NCBI GenBank assembly: GCA_964057225.1
Contig: OZ059896.1
Coordinates: 5,518,001 to 5,582,000 of the forward strand
Direction of reading: 5' to 3'
Length of the DNA: 64,000 nucleotides
DNA from: Auanema rhodensis
Taxonomy: Eukaryota; Animalia; Nematoda
Part shown: positions 12,601 through 26,500 of the stretch, piece after piece
How positions within the stretch are numbered: the stretch's first letter is position 1
How the letters are laid out: every line of letters begins with the position of its first letter
The notes under the pieces: generated by a model
Told to the model about the DNA's origin: nothing
Database searches by the model: none
Seen by the model: only the letters and a program-made list of their open reading frames with translations
Program-made: the position numbers and the translations under genes

Positions 12601-15600
12601 TTAGCAAAAAGTAGATGTTTTTAGATTCCTTTTTTCAAGGCAAAAACGATGGACAATGTTATTCAACGAAAAAATTAATTCTTCAGGGTGAAAATCGAGG
12701 ATATAAGTGTGAACTTATATCAGTTGATATCTCGGTGCATTTTTAAGCTAGCGCAAATCTGATAACACAGATCTACGCAGCTTAAAAATCCGCATCGAAT
12801 GCACTAAACTTCATTGAGAAAAGCTCAATACAAAAATTAGTTATGATCGTTTGAAAAATGATGCATTAGTGTATGTTGAGTTTCCATGTACACACAAAAT
12901 TGCTTCCAAAAACATTTTGACAAAAATTTTTTCGAAAAATTTCAGAATAATTTAGCAGAAAGTAGATGTTTTTAGATTCCTTTTTTCAAGGCAAAAACGA
13001 TGGACAATGTTATTCAACGAAAAAATTAATTCTTCAGGGTGAAAATCGAGGATATATGTGTGAACTTATATCAGTTGATATCTCGGTGCATTTTTAAGCT
13101 AGCGCAAATCTGATAACACAGATCGACGCAGCTTAAAAATCCGCATCGAATGCACTATATTACATTGAGAAAAGCTAAATACAAAAATTAGTTATGATCG
13201 TTTGAAAAATGATGCATTAGTGTATGTTGAGTTTCCATGTACACTCAAAATTGCTTCCAAAAACATTTTGACAAAAATTTTTTCGAAAAATTTGAAAATA
13301 ATTTAGCAAAAAGTAGATGTTTTTAGATTCCTTTTTTCAAGGCAAAAACGATAGACAATGTTATTCAACGAAAAAATTAATTCTTCAGGGTGAAAATCGA
13401 GGATATAGGTGTGAACTTATATCAGTTGATATCTCGGTGCATTTTCAAGCTAGCGCAAATCTGATAGTACAGATCGACGCAGCTTAAAAATCCGCATCGA
13501 ATGCACTATACTACATTGAGAAACGCTTAATACAAAAATTAGTTATGATCGTTTGAAAAATGATGCATTAGTGTATGTTGAGTTTCCATGTACACTCAAC
13601 ATTGCTTCCAAAAACATTTTGACAAAAATTTTTTCGAAAAATTTGAAAATAATTTAGCAAAAAGTAGATGTTTTTAGATTCCTTTTTTCAAGGCAAAAAC
13701 GATGGACAATGTTATTCAACGAAAAAATTAATTCTTCAGGGTGAAAATCGAGGATATAAGTGTGAACTTATATCAGTTGATATCTCGGTGCATTTTCAAG
13801 CTAGCGCAAATCTGATAACACAGATCGACGCAGCTTAAAAATCCGCATCGAATGCACTATATTACATTGAGAAAAGCTAAATACAAAAATTAGTTATGAT
13901 CGTTTGAAAAATGATGCATTAGTGTATGTTGAGTTTCCATGTACACTCAAAATTGCTTCCAAAAACATTTTGACAAAAATGTTTTCGAAAAATTTCAAAA
14001 TAATTTAGCAAAAAGTAGATGTTTTTAGATTCCTTTTTTCAAGGCAAAAACGATGGACAATGTTATTCAACGAAAAAATTAATTCTTCAGGGTGAAAATC
14101 GAGGATATAAGTGTGAACTTATATCAGTTGATATCTCGGTGCATTTTTAAGCTAGCGCAAATCTGATAACACAGATCTACGCAGCTTAAAAATCCGCATC
14201 GAATGCACTAAACTTCATTGAGAAAAGCTCAATACAAAAATTAGTTATGATCGTTTGAAAAATGATGCATTAGTGTATGTTGAGTTTCCATGTACACACA
14301 AAATTGCTTCCAAAAACATTTTGACAAAAATTTTTTCGAAAAATTTCAGAATAATTTAGCAGAAAGTAGATGTTTTTAGATTCCTTTTTTCAAGGCAAAA
14401 ACGATGGACAATGTTATTCAACGAAAAAATTAATTCTTCAGGGTGAAAATCGAGGATATATGTGTGAACTTATATCAGTTGATATCTCGGTGCATTTTTA
14501 AGCTAGCGCAAATCTGATAACACAGATCGACGCAGCTTAAAAATCCGCATCGAATGCACTATACTACATTGAGAAAAGCTAAATACAAAAATTAGTTATG
14601 ATCGTTTGAAAAATGATGCATTAGTGTATGTTGAGTTTCCATGTACACTCAAAATTGCTTCCAAAAACATTTTGACAAAAATTTTTTCGAAAAATTTGAG
14701 AATAATTTAGCAAAAAGTAGATGTTTTTAGATTCCTTTTTTCAAGGCAAAAACGATAGACAATGTTATTCAACGAAAAACTTAATTCTTCAGGGTGAAAA
14801 TCGAGGATATAGGTGTGAACTTATATCAGTTGATATCTCGGTGCATTTTCAAGCTAGCGCAAATCTGATAGTACAGATCGACGCAGCTTAAAAATCCGCA
14901 TCGAATGCACTATACTACATTGAGAAACGCTTAATACAAAAATTAGTTATGATCGTTTGAAAAATGATGCATTAGTGTATGTTGAGTTTCCATGTACACT
15001 CAAAATTGCTTCCAAAAACATTTTGACAAAAATTTTTTCGAAAAATTTCAAAATAATTTAGCAAAAAGTAGATGTTTTTAGATTCCTTTTTTCAAGGCAA
15101 AAACGATGGACAATGTTATTCAACGAAAAAATTAATTCTTCAGGGTGAAAATCGAGGATATAAGTGTGAACTTATATCAGTTGATATCTCGGTGCATTTT
15201 TAAGCTAGCGCAAATCTGATAACACAGATCTACGCAGCTTAAAAATCCGCATCGAATGCACTATACTACATTGAGAAAAGCTAAATACAAAAATTAGTTA
15301 TGATCGTTTGAAAAATGATGCATTAGTGTATGTTGAGTTTCCATGTACACTCAAAATTGCTTCCAAAAACATTTTGACAAAAATTTTTTCGAAAAATTTG
15401 AGAATAATTTAGCAAAAAGTAGATGTTTCTAGATTCCTTTTTTCAAGGCAAAAACGATAGACAATGTTATTCAACGAAAAAATTAATTCTTCAGGGTGAA
15501 AATCGAGGATATAGGTGTGAACTTATATCAGTTGATATCTCGGTGCATTTTCAAGCTAGCGCAAATCTGATAGTACAGATCGACGCAGCTTAAAAATCCG

Positions 15601-18600
15601 CATCGAATGCACTATACTACATTGAGAAACGCTTAATACAAAAATTAGTTATGATCGTTTGAAAAATGATGCATTAGTGTATGTTGAGTTTCCATGTACA
15701 CTCAAAATTGCTTCCAAAAACATTTTGACAAAAATTTTTTCGAAAAATTTGAGAATAATTTAGCAAAAAGTAGATGTTTTTAGATTCCTTTTTTCAAGGC
15801 AAAAACGATGGACAATGTTATTCAACGAAAAAATTAATTCTTCAGGGTGAAAATCGAGGATATATGTGTGAACTTATATCAGTTGATATCTCGGTGCATT
15901 TTTAAGCTAGCGCAAATCTGATAACACAGATCGACGCAGCTTAAAAATCCGCATCGAATGCACTATATTACATTGAGAAAAGCTAAATACAAAAATTAGT
16001 TATGATCGTTTGAAAAATGATGCATTAGTGTATGTTGAGTTTCCATGTACACTCAAAATTGCTTCCAAAAACATTTTGACAAAAATTTTTTCGAAAAATT
16101 TGAAAATAATTTAGCAAAAAGTAGATGTTTTTAGATTCCTTTTTTCAAGGCAAAAACGATAGACAATGTTATTCAACGAAAAAATTAATTCTTCAGGGTG
16201 AAAATCGAGGATATAGGTGTGAACTTATATCAGTTGATATCTCGGTGCATTTTCAAGCTAGCGCAAATCTGATAGTACAGATCGACGCAGCTTAAAAATC
16301 CGCATCGAATGCACTATACTACATTGAGAAACGCTTAATACAAAAATTAGTTATGATCGTTTGAAAAATGATGCATTAGTGTATGTTGAGTTTCCATGTA
16401 CACTCAACATTGCTTCCAAAAACATTTTGACAAAAATTTTTTCGAAAAATTTGAAAATAATTTAGCAAAAAGTAGATGTTTTTAGATTCCTTTTTTCAAG
16501 GCAAAAACGATGGACAATGTTATTCAACGAAAAAATTAATTCTTCAGGGTGAAAATCGAGGATATAAGTGTGAACTTATATCAGTTGATATCTCGGTGCA
16601 TTTTCAAGCTAGCGCAAATCTGATAACACAGATCGACGCAGCTTAAAAATCCGCATCGAATGCACTATATTACATTGAGAAAAGCTAAATACAAAAATTA
16701 GTTATGATCGTTTGAAAAATGATGCATTAGTGTATGTTGAGTTTCCATGTACACTCAAAATTGCTTCCAAAAACATTTTGACAAAAATGTTTTCGAAAAA
16801 TTTCAAAATAATTTAGCAAAAAGTAGATGTTTTTAGATTCCTTTTTTCAAGGCAAAAACGATGGACAATGTTATTCAACGAAAAAATTAATTCTTCAGGG
16901 TGAAAATCGAGGATATAAGTGTGAACTTATATCAGTTGATATCTCGGTGCATTTTTAAGCTAGCGCAAATCTGATAACACAGATCTACGCAGCTTAAAAA
17001 TCCGCATCGAATGCACTAAACTTCATTGAGAAAAGCTCAATACAAAAATTAGTTATGATCGTTTGAAAAATGATGCATTAGTGTATGTTGAGTTTCCATG
17101 TACACACAAAATTGCTTCCAAAAACATTTTGACAAAAATTTTTTCGAAAAATTTCAGAATAATTTAGCAGAAAGTAGATGTTTTTAGATTCCTTTTTTCA
17201 AGGCAAAAACGATGGACAATGTTATTCAACGAAAAAATTAATTCTTCAGGGTGAAAATCGAGGATATATGTGTGAACTTATATCAGTTGATATCTCGGTG
17301 CATTTTTAAGCTAGCGCAAATCTGATAACACAGATCGACGCAGCTTAAAAATCCGCATCGAATGCACTATACTACATTGAGAAAAGCTAAATACAAAAAT
17401 TAGTTATGATCGTTTGAAAAATGATGCATTAGTGTATGTTGAGTTTCCATGTACACTCAAAATTGCTTCCAAAAACATTTTGACAAAAATTTTTTCGAAA
17501 AATTTGAGAATAATTTAGCAAAAAGTAGATGTTTTTAGATTCCTTTTTTCAAGGCAAAAACGATAGACAATGTTATTCAACGAAAAACTTAATTCTTCAG
17601 GGTGAAAATCGAGGATATAGGTGTGAACTTATATCAGTTGATATCTCGGTGCATTTTCAAGCTAGCGCAAATCTGATAGTACAGATCGACGCAGCTTAAA
17701 AATCCACATCGAATGCACTATACTACATTGAGAAACGCTTAATACAAAAATTAGTTATGATCGTTTGAAAAATGATGCATTAGTGTATGTTGAGTTTCCA
17801 TGTACACTCAAAATTGCTTCCAAAAACATTTTGACAAAAATTTTTTCGAAAAATTTCAAAATAATTTAGCAAAAAGTAGATGTTTTTAGATTCCTTTTTT
17901 CAAGGCAAAAACGATGGACAATGTTATTCAACGAAAAAATTAATTCTTCAGGGTGAAAATCGAGGATATAAGTGTGAACTTATATCAGTTGATATCTCGG
18001 TGCATTTTTAAGCTAGCGCAAATCTGATAACACAGATCTACGCAGCTTAAAAATCCGCATCGAATGCACTATACTACATTGAGAAAAGCTAAATACAAAA
18101 ATTAGTTATGATCGTTTGAAAAATGATGCATTAGTGTATGTTGAGTTTCCATGTACACTCAAAATTGCTTCCAAAAACATTTTGACAAAAATTTTTTCGA
18201 AAAATTTGAGAATAATTTAGCAAAAAGTAGATGTTTCTAGATTCCTTTTTTCAAGGCAAAAACGATAGACAATGTTATTCAACGAAAAAATTAATTCTTC
18301 AGGGTGAAAATCGAGGATATAGGTGTGAACTTATATCAGTTGATATCTCGGTGCATTTTCAAGCTAGCGCAAATCTGATAGTACAGATCGACGCAGCTTA
18401 AAAATCCGCATCGAATGCACTATACTACATTGAGAAACGCTTAATACAAAAATTAGTTATGATCGTTTGAAAAATGATGCATTAGTGTATGTTGAGTTTC
18501 CATGTACACTCAAAATTGCTTCCAAAAACATTTTGACAAAAATTTTTTCGAAAAATTTGAGAATAATTTAGCAAAAAGTAGATGTTTTTAGATTCCTTTT

Positions 18601-21600
18601 TTCAAGGCAAAAACGATAGACAATGTTATTCAACGAAAAACTTAATTCTTCAGGGTGAAAATCGAGGATATAGGTGTGAACTTATATCAGTTGATATCTC
18701 GGTGCATTTTCAAGCTAGCGCAAATCTGATAGTACAGATCGACGCAGCTTAAAAATCCGCATCGAATGCACTATACTACATTGAGAAACGCTTAATACAA
18801 AAATTAGTTATGATCGTTTGAAAAATGATGCATTAGTGTATGTTGAGTTTCCATGTACACTCAAAATTGCTTCCAAAAACATTTTGACAAAAATTTTTTC
18901 GAAAAATTTCAAAATAATTTAGCAAAAAGTAGATGTTTTTAGATTCCTTTTTTCAAGGCAAAAACGATGGACAATGTTATTCAACGAAAAAATTAATTCT
19001 TCAGGGTGAAAATCGAGGATATAAGTGTGAACTTATATCAGTTGATATCTCGGTGCATTTTTAAGCTAGCGCAAATCTGATAACACAGATCTACGCAGCT
19101 TAAAAATCCGCATCGAATGCACTAAACTTCATTGAGAAAAGCTTAATACAAAAATTAGTTATGATCGTTTGAAAAATGATGCATTAGTGTATGTTGAGTT
19201 TCCATGTACACACAAAATTGCTTCCAAAAACATTTTGACAAAAATTTTTTCGAAAAATTTCAGAATAATTTAGCAGAAAGCAGATGTTTTTAGATTCCTT
19301 TTTTCAAGGCAAAAACGATGGACAATGTTATTCAACGAAAAAATTAATTCTTCAGGGTGAAAATCGAGGATATAAGTGTGAACTTATATCAGTTGATATC
19401 TCGGTGCATTTTTAAGCTAGCGCAAATCTGATAACACAGATCGACGCAGCTTAAAAATCCGCATCGAATGCACTATACTACATTGAGAAAAGCTAAATAC
19501 AAAAATTAGTTATGATCGTTTGAAAAATGATGCATTAGTGTATGTTGAGTTTCCATGTACACTCAAAATTGCTTCCAAAAACATTTTGACAAAAATTTTT
19601 TCGAAAAATTTGAGAATAATTTAGCAAAAAGTAGATGTTTCTAGATTCCTTTTTTCAAGGCAAAAACGATAGACAATGTTATTCAACGAAAAAATTAATT
19701 CTTCAGGGTGAAAATCGAGGATATAGGTGTGAACTTATATCAGTTGATATCTCGGTGCATTTTCAAGCTAGCGCAAATCTGATAGTACAGATCGACGCAG
19801 CTTAAAAATCCGCATCGAATGCACTATACTACATTGAGAAACGCTTAATACAAAAATTAGTTATGATCGTTTGAAAAATGATGCATTAGTGTATGTTGAG
19901 TTTCCATGTACACTCAAAATTGCTTCCAAAAACATTTTGACAAAAATTTTTTCGAAAAATTTCAAAATAATTTAGCAAAAAGTAGATGTTTTTAGATTCC
20001 TTTTTTCAAGGCAAAAACGATGGACAATGTTATTCAACGAAAAAATTAATTCTTCAGGGTGAAAATCGAGGATATAAGTGTGAACTTATATCAGTTGATA
20101 TCTCGGTGCATTTTTAAGCTAGCGCAAATCTGATAACACAGATCGACGCAGCTTAAAAATCCGCATCGAATGCACTATATTACATTGAGAAAAGCTAAAT
20201 ACAAAAATTAGTTATGATCGTTTGAAAAATGATGCATTAGTGTATGTTGAGTTTCCATGTACACTCAAAATTGCTTCCAAAAACATTTTGACAAAAATTT
20301 TTTCGAAAAATTTCAAAATAATTTAGCAAAAAGTAGATGTTTTTAGATTCCTTTTTTCAAGACAAAGACGATGGACATTGTTATTCAACAAAAAAATTAT
20401 TTCTTCAGGGTGAAAATCGAGGATATAAGTGTGAACCTATATCAGTTGATATCTCGGTGCATTTTTAAACTAGCGCAAATCTGATAACACAGATCGACGC
20501 AGCTTAAAAATCCGCATCGAATGCACTATACTACATTGAGAAACGCTTAATACAAAAATTAGTTATGATCGTTTGAAAAATGATGCATTAGTGTATGTTG
20601 AGTTTCCATGTACACTCAAAATTGCTTCCAAAAACATTTTGACAAAAATTTTTTCGAAAAATTTCGAAATAATTTAGCAAAAAGTAGATGTTTTTAGATT
20701 CCTTTTTTCAAGACAAAAACGATGGACATTGTTATTCAACAAAAAAATTATTTCTTCAGGGTGAAAATCGAGGATATAAGTGTGAACCTATATCAGTTGA
20801 TATCTCGGTGCATTTTTAAGCTAGCGCAAATCTGATAACACAGATCGACGCAGCTTAAAAATCCGCATCGAATGCACTATACTACATTAAGCAACGCTCA
20901 TTACAAAAATTAGTTATGATCGTTTGAAAAATGATGCATTAGTGTATGTTGAGTTTCCATGTACACTCAACATTGCTTCCAAAAACATTTTGACAAAAAG
21001 TTTCCCGAAAAATTTCAAAATAATTTCACAAAAAGTAGATGTTTTTAGATTCCTTTTTTCAAGACAAAGACGATGGACATTGTTATTCAACAAAAAAATT
21101 AATTCTTCAGGGTGAAAATCGAGGATATAAGTGTGAACTTATATCAGTTGATATCTCGGTGCATTTTTAAGCTAGCGCAAATCTGATAACACAGATCGAC
21201 GCAGCTTAAAAATCCGCATCGAATGCACTATACTACATTGAGAAAAGCTAAATACAAAAATTAGTTATGATCGTTTGAAAAATGATGCATTAGTGTATGT
21301 TGAGTTTCCATGTACACTCAAAATTGCTTCCAAAAACATTTTGACAAAAATTTTTTCGAAAAATTTGAGAATAATTTAGCAAAAAGTAGATGTTTTTAGA
21401 TTCCTTTTTTCAAGGCAAAAACGATAGACAATGTTATTCAACGAAAAAATTAATTCTTCAGGGTAAAAATCGAGGATATAGGTGTGAACTTATATCAGTT
21501 GATATCTCGGTGCATTTTCAAGCTAGCGCAAATCTGATAGTACAGATCGACGCAGCTTAAAAATCCGCATCGAATGCACTATACTACATTGAGAAACGCT

Positions 21601-23500
21601 TAATACAAAAATTAGTTATGATCGTTTGAAAAATGATGCATTAGTGTATGTTGAGTTTCCATGTACACTCAAAATTGCTTCCAAAAACATTTTGACAAAA
21701 ATTTTTTCGAAAAATTTCAAAATAATTTAGCAAAAAGTAGATGTTTTTAGATTCCTTTTTTCAAGGCAAAAACGATGGACAATGTTATTCAACGAAAAAA
21801 TTAATTCTTCAGGGTGAAAATCGAGGATATAAGTGTGAACTTATATCAGTTGATATCTCGGTGCATTTTTAAGCTAGCGCAAATCTGATAACACAGATCT
21901 ACGCAGCTTAAAAATCCGCATCGAATGCACTAAACTTCATTGAGAAAAGCTTAATACAAAAATTAGTTATGATCGTTTGAAAAATGATGCATTAGTGTAT
22001 GTTGAGTTTCCATGTACACACAAAATTGCTTCCAAAAACATTTTGACAAAAATTTTTTCGAAAAATTTCAGAATAATTTAGCAGAAAGCAGATGTTTTTA
22101 GATTCCTTTTTTCAAGACAAAGACGATGGACATTGTTATTCAACAAAAAAATTAATTCTTCAGGGTGAAAATCGAGGATATAAGTGTGAACTTATATCAG
22201 TTGATATCTCGGTGCATTTTTAAGCTAGCGCAAATCTGATAACACAGATCGACGCAGCTTGAAAATCCACATCGAATGCACTATACTACATTGAGAAACA
22301 CTCAATACAAAAATTAGTTATGATCGTTTGAAAAATGATGCATTAGTGTATGTTGAGTTTCCATGTACACTCAACATTGCTTCCAAAAACATTTTGACAA
22401 AAATTTTTTCGAAAAATTTCAAAATAATTTAGCAAAAAGTAGATGTTTTTAGATTCCTTTTTTCAAGGCAAAAACGATAGACAATGTTATTCAACGAAAA
22501 AATTAATTCTTCAGGGTGAAAATCGAGGATATAAGTGTGAACTTATATCAGTTGATATCTCGGTGCATTTTTAAGCTAGCGCAAATCTGATAACACAGAT
22601 CGACGCAGCTTAAAAATCCGCATCGAATGCACTATACTACATTGAGAAAAGCTAAATACAAAAATTAGTTATGATCGTTTGAAAAATGATGCATTAGTGT
22701 ATGTTGAGTTTCCATGTACACTCAAAATTGCTTCCAAAAACATTTTGACAAAAATTTTTTCGAAAAATTTGAGAATAATTTAGCAAAAAGTAGATGTTTT
22801 TAGATTCCTTTTTTCAAGGCAAAAACGATAGACAATGTTATTCAACGAAAAAATTAATTCTTCAGGGTGAAAATCGAGGATATAGGTGTGAACTTATATC
22901 AGTTGATATCTCGGTGCATTTTCAAGCTAGCGCAAATCTGATAGTACAGATCGACGCAGCTTGAAAATCCGCATCGAATGCACTATACTACATTGAGAAA
23001 CGCTTAATACAAAAATTAGTTATGATCGTTTGAAAAATGATGCATTAGTGTATGTTGAGTTTCCATGTACACTCAAAATTGCTTCCAAAAACATTTTGAC
23101 AAAAATTTTTTCGAAAAATTTCAAAATAATTTAGCAAAAAGTAGATGTTTTTAGATTCCTTTTTTCAAGGCAAAAACGATGGACAATGTTATTCAACGAA
23201 AAAATTAATTCTTCAGGGTGAAAATCGAGGATATAAGTGTGAACTTATATCAGTTGATATCTCGGTGCATTTTTAAGCTAGCGCAAATCTGATAACACAG
23301 ATCGACGCAGCTTAAAAATCCGCATCGAATGCACTATATTACATTGAGAAAAGCTAAATACAAAAATTAGTTATGATCGTTTGAAAAATGATGCATTAGT
23401 GTATGTTGAGTTTCCATGTACACTCAAAATTGCTTCCAAAAACATTTTGACAAAAATTTTTTCGAAAAATTTCGAAATAATTTAGCAAAAAGTAGATGTT
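11400..23500. repeat. Domain dominated by subfamily B monomers
   Basis: B-diagnostic variants are aaggcaaaaac, gacaatg, caacgaaaa, ctcaaaatt, ttttcg and tttagca (an in-frame TAG, hence the ORF-track gap 10936-20924). A few A or chimeric monomers occur at 20.3-22.3 kb. Confidence 0.85.
11650..18600. repeat. Nested 4-mer (1404 bp) and 8-mer (2808 bp) higher-order repeat
   Basis: gatatatgtg at 13057/14461/15865/17269 (steps of 1404). gaaaaactt at 14780/17588 and gtttctag at 15429/18237 (steps of 2808). Confidence 0.85.
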
Positions 23501-26500
23501 TTTAGATTCCTTTTTTCAAGACAAAGACGATGGACATTGTTATTCAACAAAAAAATTATTTCTTCAGGGTGAAAATCGAGGATATAAGTGTGAACCTATA
23601 TCAGTTGATATCTCGGTGCATTTTTAAGCTAGCGCAAATCTGATAACACAGATCGACGCAGCTTAAAAATCCGCATCGAATGCACTATACTACATTAAGC
23701 AACGCTCATTACAAAAATTAGTTATGATCGTTTGAAAAATGATGCATTAGTGTATGTTGAGTTTCCATGTACACTCAACATTGCTTCCAAAAACATTTTG
23801 ACAAAAAGTTTCCCGAAAAATTTCAAAATAATTTCACAAAAAGTAGATGTTTTTAGATTCCTTTTTTCAAGACAAAGACGATGGACATTGTTATTCAACA
23901 AAAAAATTAATTCTTCAGGGTGAAAATCGAGGATATAAGTGTGAACTTATATCAGTTGATATCTCGGTGCATTTTTAAGCTAGCGCAAATCTGATAACAC
24001 AGATCGACGCAGCTTGAAAATCCACATCGAATGCACTATACTACATTGAGAAACACTCAATACAAAAATTAGTTATGATCGTTTGAAAAATGATGCATTA
24101 GTGTATGTTGAGTTTCCATGTACACTCAACATTGCTTCCAAAAACATTTTGACAAAAATTTTCCCGAAAAATTTCAAAATAATTTCACAAAAAGTAGATG
24201 TTTTTAGATTCCTTTTTTCAAGACAAAGACGATGGACATTGTTATTCAACAAAAAAATTAATTCTTCACGGTGAAAATCGAGGATATAAGTGTGAACCTA
24301 TATCAGTTGATATCTCGGTGCATTTTCAAGCTAGCGCAAATCTGATAACACAGATCGACGCAGCTTAAAAATCCGCATCGAATGCACTATACTACATTGA
24401 GAAAAGCTAAATACAAAAATTAGTTATGATCGTTTGAAAAATGATGCATTAGTGTATGTTGAGTTTCCATGTACACTCAACATTGCTTCCAAAAACATTT
24501 TGACAAAAAGTTTCCCGAAAAATTTCAAAATAATTTCACAAAAAGTAGATGTTTTTAGATTCCTTTTTTCAAGACAAAGACGATGGACATTGTTATTCAA
24601 CAAAAAAATTAATTCTTCAGGGTGAAAATCGAGGATATAAGTGTGAACTTATATCAGTTGATATCTCGGTGCATTTTTAAGCTAGCGCAAATCTGATAAC
24701 ACAGATCGACGCAGCTTGAAAATCCACATCGAATGCACTATACTACATTGAGAAACACTCAATACAAAAATTAGTTATGATCGTTTGAAAAATGATGCAT
24801 TAGTGTATGTTGAGTTTCCATGTACACTCAACATTGCTTCCAAAAACATTTTGACAAAAATTTTCCCGAAAAATTTCAAAATAATTTCACAAAAAGTAGA
24901 TGTTTTTAGAATCCTTTTTTCAAGACAAAGATGATGGACATTGTTATTCAACAAAAAAATTAATTCTTCACGGTGAAAATCGAGGATATAAGTGTGAACC
25001 TATATCAGTTGATATCTCGGTGCATTTTCAAGCTAGCGCAAATCTGATAACACAGATCGACGCAGCTTAAAAATCCGCATCGAATGCACTATACTACATT
25101 GAGAAAAGCTAAATACAAAAATTAGTTATGATCGTTTGAAAAATGATGCATTAGTGTATGTTGAGTTTCCATGTACACTCAAAATTGCTTCCAAAAACAT
25201 TTTGACAAAAATTTTTTCGAAAAATTTGAAAATAATTTAGCAAAAAGTAGATGTTTTTAGATTCCTTTTTTCAAGGCAAAAACGATAGACAATGTTATTC
25301 AACGAAAAAATTATTTCTTCAGGGTGAAAATCGAGGATATAGGTGTGAACCTATATCAGTTGATATCTCGGTTCATTTTTAAGCTAGCGCAAATCTGATA
25401 ACACAGATCGACGCAGCTTAAAAATCCGCATCGAATGTACTATACTACATTAAGAAACGCTCAATACAAAAATTAGTTATGATCGTTTGAAAAATGATGC
25501 ATTAGTGTATGTTGAGTTTCCATGTACACACAACATTGCTTCCAAAAACATTTTGACAAAAATTTTCCCGAAAAATTTTAAAATAATTTTACGAAAAGTA
25601 GATGTTTTTAGATTTCTATTTTCAAGACAAAGACGATGGACATTGTCATTCAACAAAAAAATTAATTCTTCACGGTGAAAATCGAGGATATAAGTGTGAA
25701 CCTATATCAGTTGATATCTCGGTGCATTTTTAAGCTAGCACAAATCTGATAACACAGATCGACGCAGCTTAAAAATCCGCATCGAATGCACTATACTTCA
25801 TTAAGCAACGCTCAATACAAAAATTAGTTATGATCGTTTGAAAAATGATGCATTAGTGTATGTTGAGTTTCCATGTACACTCAACATTGCTTCCAAAAAC
25901 ATTTTGACAAAAAGTTTCCCGAAAAATTTCAAAATAATTTCACAAAAAGTAGTTGTTTTTAGATTCCTTTTTTCAAGACAAAGACGATGGACATTGTTAT
26001 TCAACAAAAAAATTAATTCTTCAGGGTGAAAATCGAGGATATAAGTGTGAACTTATATCAGTTGATATCTCGGTGCATTTTTAAGCTAGCGCAAATCTGA
26101 TAACACAGATCGACGCAGCTTGAAAATCCACATCGAATGCACTATACTACATTGAGAAACACTCAATACAAAAATTAGTTATGATCGTTCGAAAAATGAT
26201 GCATTAGTGTATGTTGAGTTTCCATGTACACTCAACATTGCTTCCAAAAACATTTTGACAAAAATTTTTTCGAAAAATTTCAAAATAATTTCACAAAAAG
26301 TAGATGTTTTTAGATTCCTTTTTTCAAGACAAAGACGATGGACATTGTTATTCAACAAAAAAATTAATTCTTCACGGTGAAAATCGAGGATATAAGTGTG
26401 AACCTATATCAGTTGATATCTCGGTGCATTTTTAAGCTAGCGCAAATCTGATAACACAGATCGACGCAGCTTAAAAATCCGCATCGAATGCACTATACTA

